64,000 nt of DNA. Origin: Ruminococcus sp. Lineage in GTDB: Bacteria; Bacillota; Clostridia; Oscillospirales; Ruminococcaceae. The notes under the pieces are model-generated. The model saw only the letters and a program-made list of their open reading frames with translations. It was not told where the DNA came from and ran no database searches. Position 1 is the first letter of the stretch. Every line of letters begins with the position of its first letter. The DNA is taken from NCBI GenBank assembly GCA_021770655.1, contig JAETQO010000018.1:1305-65304 (forward strand), in the 5' to 3' direction. Shown piece after piece: positions 9,643-19,304 of this stretch. Position numbers and translations under genes: made by a program.

Positions 9643-9679
9643 TCCGAAAACCGCATTGCGGAGTTCGGAATTTTTTATT
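9643..9679 (+). terminator. Intrinsic terminator/attenuator inside the rpsJ upstream region
   Basis: TCCGAA..CCGC-ATT-GCGG..TTCGGA stem followed by ATTTTTTATT. Located about 190 nt before the rpsJ start. Confidence 0.55.
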
Positions 9680-9748
9680 GAAACGGCAGGGAACACACGG
9701 CAGGGTGTAAACGGGTTTTACAGATAGCTTTTCCAAAGGCATAAACCT

Positions 9749-9801
9749 GTCAATTGCGTAAGCGATTGACCTCCCTCTTGGCGATTGTTTACGCAATTGA
9801 C
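9749..9801 (+). promoter_or_regulatory. 13-bp perfect inverted repeat GTCAATTGCGTAA...TTACGCAATTGAC in the rpsJ leader
   Basis: Arms at 9749-9761 and 9789-9801. The 27-nt loop carries GCGATTGAC and GCGATTGT direct repeats. Confidence 0.4.
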
Positions 9802-9867
9802 TGAGGCTTTTGTCGGAAGAAAAGCTGCCCCCTAAACTTTTTTAATTTGCACAAGGAGGCGATTTTA

Positions 9868-10182
9868 GTGGCAGTCAATGAAAAAATCAGAATCAAGATC
9901 AAGGGCTATGAGCACGCTGTTGTAGACGCGGCCGCGGCAAAGATCGTAGAGGCTGTTAAGCGCTCGGGCGCAAAGGTTTCCGGTCCTATCCCGCTGCCTA
10001 CGGACAAAGAGGTAATCACTATCCTCAGAGCCGTACACAAGTACAAGGACAGCCGTGAGCAGTTCGAGATGAGAACTCACAAGAGACTTATCGACGTACT
10101 GAGACCTACAAAGGAAACTACAGCCGCACTTGAAAATCTTGAACTTCCTGCAGGCGTAAACATCGTTATGGAGATCAAGTAA
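9868..10182 (+). CDS. rpsJ: 30S ribosomal protein S10
   Basis: GTG start 8 nt after AAGGAGG gives [16 protein letters not shown], the normal S10 N-terminus and length. The TTG at 9847 used by the ORF track overlaps the SD. Confidence 0.95.
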   Translation: MAVNEKIRIKIKGYEHAVVDAAAAKIVEAVKRSGAKVSGPIPLPTDKEVITILRAVHKYKDSREQFEMRTHKRLIDVLRPTKETTAALENLELPAGVNIVMEIK

Positions 10183-10272
10183 TTTCCAAATGAGATTGCG
10201 TGCAATCTCAAAAAACATGAACGCGCAGGTCATGTCGGCGACGCCGACCAATAACCAATAGGAGGATTAAAA

Positions 10273-10908
10273 ATGGAAAAAGGAATCATCGGTAAGAAAA
10301 TCGGTATGACACAGATTTTCGATGAGACAGGAAAAGTTATTCCTGTAACTGTCGTTGAAGCCGGTCCGTGTGTTGTCGTTCAGAAGAAGACAGTTGAAAA
10401 CGACGGATATGAGGCTGTTCAGCTGGGCTACGGCGACATCAGAGCGAAGAGAGTAAACAAGCCTCTTCAGGGACATTTCAAAAAGGCAGACGTTGCAATG
10501 AAGAGAACTCTCAAGGAGTTCAGATTTGCAGATACGTCCGCTCTCAATGTAGGAGACATCGTTAAGGCTGATACATTTGCCGCAGGCGACATCGTAGATG
10601 TAAGCGGTACAAGCAAGGGTCACGGATTCTCCGGTACGATCAAACGTCACAACAATTCAAGACTTAAGGAAACCCACGGTACAGGTCCTGTACACAGACA
10701 CGCAGGCTCCATGGGCGCTTGCTCTTCTCCTTCGAGAATCTTCAAGGGCAAGGGTATGCCGGGACAGTACGGTAACGTAAAGGTCACCGTTCAGAATCTT
10801 GAAATTGTCAAGGTTGACGCAGAAAATAATCTTATCGCAATCAAGGGCGCAATTCCCGGACCAAAGAACGGTACGGTTACTATCGTTGACTGCGTTAAGA
10901 AGGCTTAG
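10273..10908 (+). CDS. rplC: 50S ribosomal protein L3
   Basis: [30 protein letters not shown] is canonical L3. Confidence 0.97.
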   Translation: MEKGIIGKKIGMTQIFDETGKVIPVTVVEAGPCVVVQKKTVENDGYEAVQLGYGDIRAKRVNKPLQGHFKKADVAMKRTLKEFRFADTSALNVGDIVKADTFAAGDIVDVSGTSKGHGFSGTIKRHNNSRLKETHGTGPVHRHAGSMGACSSPSRIFKGKGMPGQYGNVKVTVQNLEIVKVDAENNLIAIKGAIPGPKNGTVTIVDCVKKA

Positions 10909-10925
10909 TGGAAGGAGGAAACACA

Positions 10926-11549
10926 ATGTCACAGATTTCAGTATTTGATATGACAGGCAAAAAGGTTGCCGACACTGAGCTTAACGACGCCGTTTTCGGC
11001 ATCGAGCCAAACAAAGCTATCATGCACGCAATGGTTGTAAATTACCTTGCAAACCAGAGACAGGGCACACAGTCTACTCTTACAAGAACAGAAGTAAGAG
11101 GCGGCGGAAGAAAGCCTTGGAGACAGAAGGGCACGGGTCATGCAAGACAGGGCTCCATCAGAGCTCCGCAGTGGGTACACGGCGGCGTTGCTCTCGGTCC
11201 TAAGCCAAGAGATTACAGCTATTCGCTTAATAAAAAGGAAAAGAGACTCGGTATGAAGTCAGCGCTTTCAACAAAGGTTGTTGACGAAAATCTTGTAGTT
11301 GTTGATTCCATCAAGATGGAAGAATTCAAAACCAAGGCTATCGTTGATATGCTCAAGGCTCTGGGCGCTACGGGCAAGGCTCTTATCGTTACGGCAGACG
11401 CCGACAAGATGGTAGTTAAGAGCGCCGGCAATATTCCGGGCGTTAAGACAGCTACTGTAAATACTCTCAGTGTTTACGACATTCTGAACTACGATAAGTT
11501 CATCGTTTCTTCGGAAGCTGTAAAGAAGATTGAGGAGGTTTACGCATAA
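10926..11549 (+). CDS. rplD: 50S ribosomal protein L4
   Basis: ATG at 10926 follows GGAAGGAGG. Contains [26 protein letters not shown]. Confidence 0.96.
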   Translation: MSQISVFDMTGKKVADTELNDAVFGIEPNKAIMHAMVVNYLANQRQGTQSTLTRTEVRGGGRKPWRQKGTGHARQGSIRAPQWVHGGVALGPKPRDYSYSLNKKEKRLGMKSALSTKVVDENLVVVDSIKMEEFKTKAIVDMLKALGATGKALIVTADADKMVVKSAGNIPGVKTATVNTLSVYDILNYDKFIVSSEAVKKIEEVYA

Positions 11550-11839
11550 TGAGAACTGCTCAAGATATTATCATAAAGCCTGTTATCACCGAGGATTCTA
11601 TGGATAGACTTCAGGATAACAGATACACCTTCAAGGTTGCTAAGGACGCCAATAAGATCGAGATCGCCAAGGCTGTTGAGGAACTTTTCGACGTTAAGGT
11701 CGCTAAGGTAAACACAATCAGCGTTAAGGGCAAACAGAAGAGAATGGGCAGAAGCGTCGGCTTCAGACCGGACTGGAAAAAGGCGATCGTTACTCTTGAG
11801 GGTGACAAGACTATCGAATTCTTCGAGGGTATGTATTAA
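11549..11839 (+). CDS. rplW: 50S ribosomal protein L23
   Basis: 96 aa. [13 protein letters not shown]...[22 protein letters not shown]. Confidence 0.96.
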   Translation: MRTAQDIIIKPVITEDSMDRLQDNRYTFKVAKDANKIEIAKAVEELFDVKVAKVNTISVKGKQKRMGRSVGFRPDWKKAIVTLEGDKTIEFFEGMY

Positions 11840-12028
11840 TCCCCTCCGAAAGATATGCGGCGTATGCCGCTTGCTCCGGAGAGCTTCATAAATACCGAGA
11901 AGACTTCGGAAAGGCTCCGCGAGGCGGCGAGGACCGCTTGTTAAGATTCCGCGGAACGTAAGTATGGAAGGGCGCTTGGCGAAAGCTTTGACCTTTTCGC
12001 AAAACTCAGATTAAGGAGTGAATTTTAA

Positions 12029-12862
12029 ATGGCAATAAAGAGCTACAAGCCTACTACAGCCGGCAGAAGAGGTATGACTGTTACCGATTATTCCGAGCTG
12101 TCAAAGGTTGCTCCATGCAAAACTCTGCTTGAGCCTCTCAAGAAGAATTCAGGCAGAAACAGCTACGGCAGAATCACCGTTCGTCACAGAGGAGGCGGAG
12201 TTAGAAGAAAATACCGTGTAATTGATTTTAAGAGAAATAAACTCGATATGAACGCTACTGTTCTTACTATCGAGTACGACCCCAACCGTTCAGCATTTAT
12301 CGCTTTGGTTGAGTATGAGGACGGCGAGAAGAGATACATCATCGCTCCTTACGGACTCAAGGTCGGCGACGTTATCAGATCAGGCGCTGATGCGGACATC
12401 AAGCCCGGCAACGCTCTGGCAATGGCTAACATTCCTGTCGGTACTTTTATCCACAACATCGAGCTTTATCCCGGCAAGGGCGCTCAGCTTGTTCGTTCGG
12501 CAGGAAACATGGCACAGCTCATGGGTAAGGAAGACAATTACGCTCTCGTAAGACTTCCTTCCGGCGAAATGAGAAAGGTTCCGATCAACTGCATGGCTAC
12601 TGTTGGCCAGGTCGGAAACATCGACCATGAAAACGTAAATATCGGTAAGGCAGGAAGAAAGCGTCATATGGGCTGGAGACCTACCGTTAGAGGTTCCGTA
12701 ATGAACCCATGCGACCACCCGCACGGCGGCGGTGAGGGACGTGCTCCCGTTGGTAGACCAAGTCCTGTTACTCCTTGGGGTAAGCCGACTATGGGATACA
12801 AGACCCGCGCTAAGCATCATCGCTCCGATAAGTTTATCGTAAAACGCAGAAACGGTAAGTAA
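12029..12862 (+). CDS. rplB: 50S ribosomal protein L2
   Basis: 277 aa. Contains [16 protein letters not shown] and HPHGGGEGR. Confidence 0.97.
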   Translation: MAIKSYKPTTAGRRGMTVTDYSELSKVAPCKTLLEPLKKNSGRNSYGRITVRHRGGGVRRKYRVIDFKRNKLDMNATVLTIEYDPNRSAFIALVEYEDGEKRYIIAPYGLKVGDVIRSGADADIKPGNALAMANIPVGTFIHNIELYPGKGAQLVRSAGNMAQLMGKEDNYALVRLPSGEMRKVPINCMATVGQVGNIDHENVNIGKAGRKRHMGWRPTVRGSVMNPCDHPHGGGEGRAPVGRPSPVTPWGKPTMGYKTRAKHHRSDKFIVKRRNGK

Positions 12863-12885
12863 TGCTGAAAGGAGGCAGATGATCA

Positions 12886-13167
12886 ATGGGAAGAAGTGTC
12901 AAGAAGGGACCTTACGTTCAGGAGGTTCTTTATAAGAGAGTTAAGGCAATGAACGATGCAGGAGAGAAGAAGGTGCTCAAGACATGGAGCAGAGCTTCTA
13001 CGATTTTCCCTGATTTTGTCGGTCACACATTCGCAGTTCACGACGGCCGCAAGCACGTTCCGGTATATGTTACCGAGGATATGGTAGGTCACAAGCTGGG
13101 AGAGTTCGCTCCGACAAGAACATTCAAGGGTCATGCAGGTTCAAAGACCTCAAATAATGGTAAGTAG
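12886..13167 (+). CDS. rpsS: 30S ribosomal protein S19
   Basis: [11 protein letters not shown]...[28 protein letters not shown]. Confidence 0.97.
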   Translation: MGRSVKKGPYVQEVLYKRVKAMNDAGEKKVLKTWSRASTIFPDFVGHTFAVHDGRKHVPVYVTEDMVGHKLGEFAPTRTFKGHAGSKTSNNGK

Positions 13168-13186
13168 TGCGGAAGGAGGAATACAA

Positions 13187-13522
13187 ATGGAAGCAAAAGC
13201 AATTCTGAGAAATGCTCGTATTGCTCCTCGTAAGGTACAGATCGTTCTTGATCTTATCAGAGGAAAAGACTATGACGTTGCAATGGCAACGGTAAAGCAT
13301 ACACCAAAGGCTGCAAGTGAATATCTTGAGAAGCTTCTTAAGTCCGCCGCTCACAACGCTGAGAACAATCATAACATGGATAAAAACAACCTTTACGTTG
13401 CGGAGTGTTATGTTTGTCCCGGACCAATTATGAAGAGAATCATGCCAAGAGCACAAGGCAGAGCATACAGAATCCTTAAGAGAACATCACACGTAACCGT
13501 TGTTCTCAAGGAAAAGGAATAA
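13187..13522 (+). CDS. rplV: 50S ribosomal protein L22
   Basis: ATG at 13187 follows [36 protein letters not shown]. The upstream part of the 13133 ORF overlaps rpsS. Confidence 0.96.
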   Translation: MEAKAILRNARIAPRKVQIVLDLIRGKDYDVAMATVKHTPKAASEYLEKLLKSAAHNAENNHNMDKNNLYVAECYVCPGPIMKRIMPRAQGRAYRILKRTSHVTVVLKEKE

Positions 13523-13542
13523 GCTGAAAGAGGAGGTAAACT

Positions 13543-14325
13543 ATGGGCCAGAAAGTAAATCCACACGGACTTCGCGTCGGTGTGATTAAGAATTGGGATT
13601 CCCGCTGGTTTGCAGAGAAGGGTACTTTCGGCGATACACTGGTTGAGGATTACAACGTTCGTAACTTCATTCTTAAAGAGCTGAATACAAGATCAAAGAA
13701 TCCTGCAGATAAGTGCGTATACGCCGGAGTTCCGAAAGTAGAGATCGAAAGATTTGCCGATAAGGACGGCGGTCAAAAGGTTAGAATTCATATTCACTGC
13801 GCTAAGCCCGGTATCGTAATCGGCAGAGGCGGAGCTGAGATCGAAAAGCTTCGTGCAAACGTTGAAAAGATGATCGGCAAGAGCGTTGCTATCAATATCG
13901 TTGAGGTTAAACAGCCTGATTTGAACGCACAGCTCGTTGCAGAGAAGATCGCTCACGATCTGGAGGACAGAATTTCCTTCAGAAGAGCTATGAAGCAGTC
14001 CATTGGCAGAGCTATGAAGCTCGGCGCAAAGGGCATCAAGGTAAGATGCGGCGGACGTCTCGGCGGCGCTGAGATCGCAAGATCCGAGACTTATCACGAG
14101 GGTACGATCCCGCTTCAGACAATCAGAGCCGACATCGACTACGGTACGGCAGAAGCTCACACAACTTACGGAAGAATCGGCGTCAAGGTATGGATATACA
14201 GAGGCGAGGTTCTCAAGGGTGAGGTTGCCGCATCGGATAAGAGAGAGTCAAATGACAGAAGACGCCAGAACAGAAATGGCAAGCGCGACTTCAATAAGGC
14301 TAAAAGAGAGGGAGGTAACAAGTAA
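13543..14325 (+). CDS. rpsC: 30S ribosomal protein S3 (with a long basic C-terminal tail)
   Basis: [24 protein letters not shown]. 260 aa. The tail after VWIYRGEVL is about 37 aa and K/R/N-rich. Confidence 0.96.
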   Translation: MGQKVNPHGLRVGVIKNWDSRWFAEKGTFGDTLVEDYNVRNFILKELNTRSKNPADKCVYAGVPKVEIERFADKDGGQKVRIHIHCAKPGIVIGRGGAEIEKLRANVEKMIGKSVAINIVEVKQPDLNAQLVAEKIAHDLEDRISFRRAMKQSIGRAMKLGAKGIKVRCGGRLGGAEIARSETYHEGTIPLQTIRADIDYGTAEAHTTYGRIGVKVWIYRGEVLKGEVAASDKRESNDRRRQNRNGKRDFNKAKREGGNK

Positions 14326-14756
14326 TGCTGCTTCCAAAGAGAGTTAAGTTCAGAAAACAGCACAGAGGTCGTATGACCGGCAAGGCTATGAGAGGCAACA
14401 CCGTTTCTAACGGCGAGTATGGTCTTCAGGCTCTTCAGCCGGCATGGATCACTTCAAATCAGATCGAGGCTGCCCGTATCGCGATGACAAGATATATCAA
14501 GCGTGGCGGACAGGTATGGATCAAGATTTTCCCTGACAAGCCGGCAACAAGAAAACCGCTTGGTACCCGAATGGGTAAAGGTAAGGGCGCTCCGGAATAC
14601 TGGGTAGCCGTTGTTAAGCCGGGCAGAGTCATGTTTGAAATTGCAGGCGTTCCTGAGGAAACTGCAAGAGAGGCAATGAGACTTGCGATGCACAAGCTGC
14701 CGATCAAATGTAAGTTCGTTAAAAGAGATACTCAAGAAACGGGTGGTGAGCAATAA
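14325..14756 (+). CDS. rplP: 50S ribosomal protein L16
   Basis: [21 protein letters not shown]. Confidence 0.97.
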   Translation: MLLPKRVKFRKQHRGRMTGKAMRGNTVSNGEYGLQALQPAWITSNQIEAARIAMTRYIKRGGQVWIKIFPDKPATRKPLGTRMGKGKGAPEYWVAVVKPGRVMFEIAGVPEETAREAMRLAMHKLPIKCKFVKRDTQETGGEQ

Positions 14757-14953
14757 TGAAGGCTAATGAAATCAAAGATATGACGATCGATGAGCTCAAC
14801 GGCAAGCTTGCCGAGCTCAAGCAGGAGCTTTTTAACCTTCGCTTCCAGCACGCAGTAAATCAGTTGGAGAACCCAAAGAGATTACAGGCTGTCAAGAAGG
14901 ATATTGCTCGTGTAAAGACGTTCATTCGTAAGCAAGAGTCCAATGTTCAGTAA
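14756..14953 (+). CDS. rpmC: 50S ribosomal protein L29
   Basis: 65 aa. [21 protein letters not shown]. Confidence 0.95.
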   Translation: MKANEIKDMTIDELNGKLAELKQELFNLRFQHAVNQLENPKRLQAVKKDIARVKTFIRKQESNVQ

Positions 14954-14974
14954 TTTTCGAAAGGAGGATTAACT

Positions 14975-15235
14975 GTGAGCGAAGAAAGAAATCTGAGAAA
15001 AACAAGAGTCGGCGTTGTAGTTTCCAACAAGATGGATAAGACGATCGTTGTAGCTATCAAGGATAATGTACAGCACCCTCTTTACAAGAAGATAATCAAG
15101 AGAACAGTTAAGCTTAAGGCACATGACGAAAACAATGTCTGCGGAATCGGAGACAAGGTTGAGGTCATGGAGACAAGACCTCTGTCAAAGGACAAGAGAT
15201 GGCGTCTCGTTAACGTTCTTGAGAAGGCTAAGTAA
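14975..15235 (+). CDS. rpsQ: 30S ribosomal protein S17
   Basis: GTG start after [27 protein letters not shown]. Confidence 0.95.
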   Translation: MSEERNLRKTRVGVVVSNKMDKTIVVAIKDNVQHPLYKKIIKRTVKLKAHDENNVCGIGDKVEVMETRPLSKDKRWRLVNVLEKAK

Positions 15236-15308
15236 TTAAAACCGCATAAGCGCTTAAGGCAGATATAATCTGCCGGAGCGCCTGTAATTCTGAAAGGAGG
15301 AACGCACT

Positions 15309-15677
15309 GTGATACAAATGCAGACTTACCTGAAGGTCGCAGATAACTCCGGAGCGAAGGAGCTTATGTGCATCAGGGTTCTCGGCGGAACACGCAGAAA
15401 GTATGCAAACATCGGTGACGTTGTAGTTTGTTCTGTTAAAAAGGCAACACCAGGCGGAGTTGTTAAAAAGGGCGACGTTGTTAAAGCAGTAATCGTTCGT
15501 TCAGCTAAGGGTCTTCGCCGTGCGGACGGAACTTATATCCGCTTCGACGAAAACGCTGCTGTAATTATAAGAGATGATAAAAACCCCAGAGGTACTCGTA
15601 TCTTTGGACCAGTTGCTAAGGAGCTCAGAGAAAAGGATTATCTGAAAATTCTTTCACTTGCTCCGGAAGTACTTTAA
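15309..15677 (+). CDS. rplN: 50S ribosomal protein L14
   Basis: GTG start 8 nt after [32 protein letters not shown]. Confidence 0.96.
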   Translation: MIQMQTYLKVADNSGAKELMCIRVLGGTRRKYANIGDVVVCSVKKATPGGVVKKGDVVKAVIVRSAKGLRRADGTYIRFDENAAVIIRDDKNPRGTRIFGPVAKELREKDYLKILSLAPEVL

Positions 15678-15689
15678 TTTGGAGGTGTC

Positions 15690-16019
15690 GTGAATATGAG
15701 TAAGGTACACGTAAAAACCGGCGACACCGTCGTTATCCTTTCCGGTAAGGACAAGGGTAAGAAGGGTAAGGTTCTGGAAGTTTCCCCTAAGGAGGGAAAG
15801 GTTATCGTTGAGGGTCTTAACATTGCGACAAAGCACGTTAAGCCAAGACGCCAGGGCGAGCAGGGCGGCATTGTCGAGGCTGAGGCTGCTATGTACGCTT
15901 CCAAGGTACAGGCAGTTTGCCCTAAGTGCGGCAAGCCTACAAGGATCGCTCATAAGTTCCTTGAGGACGGTACAAAAGTTAGAGTCTGCAAGAATGCAGA
16001 CTGCGGCGAAGAATTTTAA
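15690..16019 (+). CDS. rplX: 50S ribosomal protein L24 (Cys4-containing form; start at 15690 or 15696)
   Basis: KOW motif [18 protein letters not shown]. The C-terminal part carries CPKCG...CKNADCG. Confidence 0.95.
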   Translation: MNMSKVHVKTGDTVVILSGKDKGKKGKVLEVSPKEGKVIVEGLNIATKHVKPRRQGEQGGIVEAEAAMYASKVQAVCPKCGKPTRIAHKFLEDGTKVRVCKNADCGEEF

Positions 16020-16035
16020 TTAGGAGGATATTACG

Positions 16036-16578
16036 ATGGCTAGACTTAAAGAATATTATGTTAGCGACGTAGCTCCTGCTATGATGAAGAAATTCCAGTA
16101 CGCTAACGTTATGCAGATCCCTAAGCTCGATAAGGTAGTTATCAATGTAGGCTGTGGTGCAGACAAGGATAACAAGAAGGTTATCGACGCTATCATGACA
16201 GACCTGGCCGCTATTACAGGTCAGAAGCCGATCGTCTGCAAGGCTAAGAAGTCCGTTGCGAACTTCAAGCTGAGAGACGGACAGATCATCGGCGTTAAGG
16301 TAACGCTGAGAGCCGAGAAGATGTATGAATTCGTTGACAGACTGTTCAACGTTGCATTTCCTCGTGTAAGAGACTTCAGAGGTATTAATCCCAACTCCTT
16401 TGACGGCAGAGGAAACTACTCTACCGGTCTTAAAGAGCAGCTGATTTTCCCTGAGATCGAGTACGATAAGATTGATAAGGTTCGTGGTATGGATATTAAC
16501 TTTATCACTACTGCAAACACTGACGAAGAGGCAAAAGAGCTGCTTTCACTCATGGGCGCTCCGTTTGCCGATAAGTAA
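16036..16578 (+). CDS. rplE: 50S ribosomal protein L5
   Basis: [37 protein letters not shown]. Confidence 0.97.
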   Translation: MARLKEYYVSDVAPAMMKKFQYANVMQIPKLDKVVINVGCGADKDNKKVIDAIMTDLAAITGQKPIVCKAKKSVANFKLRDGQIIGVKVTLRAEKMYEFVDRLFNVAFPRVRDFRGINPNSFDGRGNYSTGLKEQLIFPEIEYDKIDKVRGMDINFITTANTDEEAKELLSLMGAPFADK

Positions 16579-16592
16579 GAGGAGGATAAAAA

Positions 16593-16778
16593 ATGGCTAA
16601 GAAGGCTATGATCAACAAACAGCAGGCTACGCCTAAATATTCCACTCGTGCTTACAACAGATGTAAGATTTGCGGAAGACCTCACGCTTATCTGAGAAAG
16701 TTCGGCGTTTGCCGTATCTGTTTCAGAGAGTTGGCTCACGAGGGTAAGATTCCGGGAGTTAAGAAGGCTAGTTGGTAA
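16593..16778 (+). CDS. rpsN: 30S ribosomal protein S14, type Z (zinc-binding, 61 aa)
   Basis: [20 protein letters not shown] is a CxxC...CxxC motif. Short form. Confidence 0.95.
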   Translation: MAKKAMINKQQATPKYSTRAYNRCKICGRPHAYLRKFGVCRICFRELAHEGKIPGVKKASW

Positions 16779-16794
16779 AAGGAGGTTAACACGC

Positions 16795-17193
16795 ATGCAA
16801 ATTACTGATACAATAGCGGATTTGCTCACAAGAATCCGTAACGCAAGTACCGCGAAGCACGCAACGGTTGACGTTCCTGCATCTAATATGAAGAAGTCAA
16901 TTACACAGATCCTTGTTGACGAGGGTTATGTAAAGGACTATAAAATCATTGAAGACGGTAAGCAGGGTATCATTAGAATTACTCTTAAATATGACGAGAA
17001 CAGAAATCCGGTCATCACAGGACTCAGAAGAGTTTCTAAGCCGGGTCTGAGAATTTACGCAAGCTGCGAGGATATGCCTAAGGTTATTAAGGGTCTTGGC
17101 ATTGCAATCGTATCTACTTCCAAGGGCGTAATCACCGACAAGAAGGCAAGAGAGCTCAATGTCGGCGGCGAAGTTCTCGCATTCATCTGGTAA
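16795..17193 (+). CDS. rpsH: 30S ribosomal protein S8
   Basis: [17 protein letters not shown]. Confidence 0.97.
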   Translation: MQITDTIADLLTRIRNASTAKHATVDVPASNMKKSITQILVDEGYVKDYKIIEDGKQGIIRITLKYDENRNPVITGLRRVSKPGLRIYASCEDMPKVIKGLGIAIVSTSKGVITDKKARELNVGGEVLAFIW

Positions 17194-17206
17194 GGAGGAC
17201 TAAGTT

Positions 17207-17758
17207 ATGTCAAGAATCGGTATTAAACCAATTAGTGTTCCTGCAGGTGTAGAGGTTACTGTTGCGGACGGAAACGTGGTTACAGTAAAGGGTCCTAAGG
17301 GTTCACTTACAAAAGAATTCCACAAGGATATGATTATCAAGTGCGCAGACGGTGTGGTTACCGTTGAGCGTCCTACAGAGGATAAGCTCCACAAATCACT
17401 CCACGGTCTGACAAGAACGCTCGTATACAATATGGTAGAGGGCGTTACAAACGGTTTCTCCAAGAAGCTTGAAATCGTCGGAGTAGGTTACAGAGCTCAG
17501 AAGCAGGGTAAAAACCTTGTTATGAACCTCGGTTTCTCACATCAGGTCATTATTCCTGAGACCGACACAATAAAGATTGACGTTCCCGACGCCAACCATA
17601 TCGTTGTTTCAGGCTGTGACAAGCAGGAAGTAGGTCAGTTTGCTTGTGAAATCCGCGAGAAGCGTCCGCCGGAGCCTTATAAGGGTAAGGGTATTCGCTA
17701 TGAGGGCGAGTATGTTATCCATAAAGAAGGTAAAGCCGGTAAGGGTTCTAAGAAGTAA
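17207..17758 (+). CDS. rplF: 50S ribosomal protein L6
   Basis: [19 protein letters not shown]. Confidence 0.97.
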   Translation: MSRIGIKPISVPAGVEVTVADGNVVTVKGPKGSLTKEFHKDMIIKCADGVVTVERPTEDKLHKSLHGLTRTLVYNMVEGVTNGFSKKLEIVGVGYRAQKQGKNLVMNLGFSHQVIIPETDTIKIDVPDANHIVVSGCDKQEVGQFACEIREKRPPEPYKGKGIRYEGEYVIHKEGKAGKGSKK

Positions 17759-17776
17759 TAAAAGGAGAGAATTACT

Positions 17777-18136
17777 ATGGTTAAAAAGCTTGACAGAGCT
17801 AAGGCAAGAGCAAAAAGACATCAGAGAGTCCGCAACAAGATCAACGGTACAGCTGATTGTCCTCGCCTCAACGTATTCCGCTCCTCTAAGCACATATATG
17901 TACAGATCATCGACGATGTTAACGGCGTAACACTTTGCAGCGCTTCTTCAATGTCCAAGGATTTTGAAGGAAACGGCGGCAACAAGGAAGGCGCACGCAA
18001 GGTCGGCGAGATGATAGCTCAGGCGGCAAAGGCAAAGGGAATCGAGAATGTCGTATTCGACAGAGGCGGCTACCTTTACCACGGACGCGTTCAGGAGTTA
18101 GCAGACGGAGCCCGTGAAGGCGGACTAAAGTTCTAA
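17777..18136 (+). CDS. rplR: 50S ribosomal protein L18
   Basis: [18 protein letters not shown]...[26 protein letters not shown]. Confidence 0.97.
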   Translation: MVKKLDRAKARAKRHQRVRNKINGTADCPRLNVFRSSKHIYVQIIDDVNGVTLCSASSMSKDFEGNGGNKEGARKVGEMIAQAAKAKGIENVVFDRGGYLYHGRVQELADGAREGGLKF

Positions 18137-18151
18137 AGAGGAGGGTAAACA

Positions 18152-18652
18152 TTGGCTTTAATAGATGCTTCAAACATGGAACTTGCTGAAAAGGTCGTTG
18201 CTATTAACAGAGTTTCCAAGACTGTTAAGGGCGGACGTATAATGAAGTTCTCAGCTCTCGTAGTCGTAGGCGACGGAAACGGAATAGTAGGTTTCGGAAT
18301 CGGTAAATCGGGTGAAGTTCCCGACGCGATCAGAAAGGCTATTCAGGACGCCAAGAAGAATCTTATCAGAATTTCGCTCAAGGGAACAACTATCCCTCAC
18401 GAGATCGTTGGTAAGTTCGGCGCAGGAGAGGTTCTTCTGAAGCCGGCTGCTCCCGGTACGGGAGTTATCGCAGGCGGCACTGTAAGAGCCGTTGTAGAGG
18501 CTGCCGGAATCAAGGATATCAGAGCTAAGTCTCTTCGCTCAAACAATCCTTACAATGCGGTAAGAGCTACGATCAACGGTCTTTCCAGAGTAAGATCTGC
18601 TGATACAGTTGCGGCGATCAGAGGCAAGACAGTAAAAGAAATTACAGGCTAA
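18152..18652 (+). CDS. rpsE: 30S ribosomal protein S5
   Basis: TTG start. [38 protein letters not shown]. Confidence 0.96.
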   Translation: MALIDASNMELAEKVVAINRVSKTVKGGRIMKFSALVVVGDGNGIVGFGIGKSGEVPDAIRKAIQDAKKNLIRISLKGTTIPHEIVGKFGAGEVLLKPAAPGTGVIAGGTVRAVVEAAGIKDIRAKSLRSNNPYNAVRATINGLSRVRSADTVAAIRGKTVKEITG

Positions 18653-18667
18653 GGAGGATAAACAGTT

Positions 18668-18844
18668 ATGGCAATTAACATCGAACTGATAAAGAGCCTT
18701 AACGGAAGAAGCGAGAAGCAGATCGCTACCGCTAATTCTCTCGGACTCAGAAAAATCGGGGATAAGACTTGTCAGCCTGACAATCCTCAGACAAAGGGAA
18801 AGGTAAAGGTTATCTCCCATCTTATTAAAGTAACCGAAGCGTAA
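18668..18844 (+). CDS. rpmD: 50S ribosomal protein L30 (58 aa, below the ORF-track cutoff)
   Basis: Hand translation gives MAINIELIKSLNGRSEKQIATANSLGLRKIGDKTCQPDNPQTKGKVKVISHLIKVTEA. SD AAGGAGG lies upstream. Canonical position between rpsE and rplO. Confidence 0.9.
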   Translation: MAINIELIKSLNGRSEKQIATANSLGLRKIGDKTCQPDNPQTKGKVKVISHLIKVTEA

Positions 18845-18861
18845 GCAAGGAGGTGCGATAA

Positions 18862-19302
18862 ATGAAACTGCACGAATTATCACCTGTTGCCGGCTCCACA
18901 AAGGAGTGCAAGCGTAAGGGCAGAGGTCACGGTTCCGGAAACGGCAAGACTGCCGGCAAGGGACACAAGGGACAGAAGGCTCGTTCAGGCGGCTCTATCA
19001 GACCGGGATTTGAAGGCGGACAGACAATGCTCGCAAGAAGAATCCCTAAGCGTGGATTCAACAACATTTTTGCAACTGAATATGCAGTAGTTAACGTGTC
19101 CGATCTGGATAGATTCGTAGACGGCACAGTTGTAGATACGGAGCTTCTCAAGGCTTCCGGTATAATCAAAAAGGAGCTTGACGGCGTCAAGGTCCTCGGA
19201 AACGGCGAATTGACTAAGAACCTTACCGTTAAGGCTGCCAAGTTCTCGGCGGCTGCTAAGGAAAAGATTGAAAAGGCAGGCGGGAAGGCTGAGGTGATGT
19301 AA
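18862..19302 (+). CDS. rplO: 50S ribosomal protein L15
   Basis: [44 protein letters not shown]. Confidence 0.97.
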   Translation: MKLHELSPVAGSTKECKRKGRGHGSGNGKTAGKGHKGQKARSGGSIRPGFEGGQTMLARRIPKRGFNNIFATEYAVVNVSDLDRFVDGTVVDTELLKASGIIKKELDGVKVLGNGELTKNLTVKAAKFSAAAKEKIEKAGGKAEVM

Positions 19303-19304
19303 TT

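Noticed and set aside
9398-9796. ORFs of 132 aa (minus), 89 aa (plus) and 60 aa (minus) in the region upstream of rpsJ.
   Set aside because: They have no SD and Cys/Arg-rich nonsense-like translations. They span a clear intrinsic terminator and hairpins, so the region is better explained as structured RNA or leader.
11864-11953. 29-codon ATG ORF inside the rplW-rplB spacer.
   Set aside because: It has no SD, and the sequence is dominated by palindromes. More likely structural RNA or repeat than a micro-protein.
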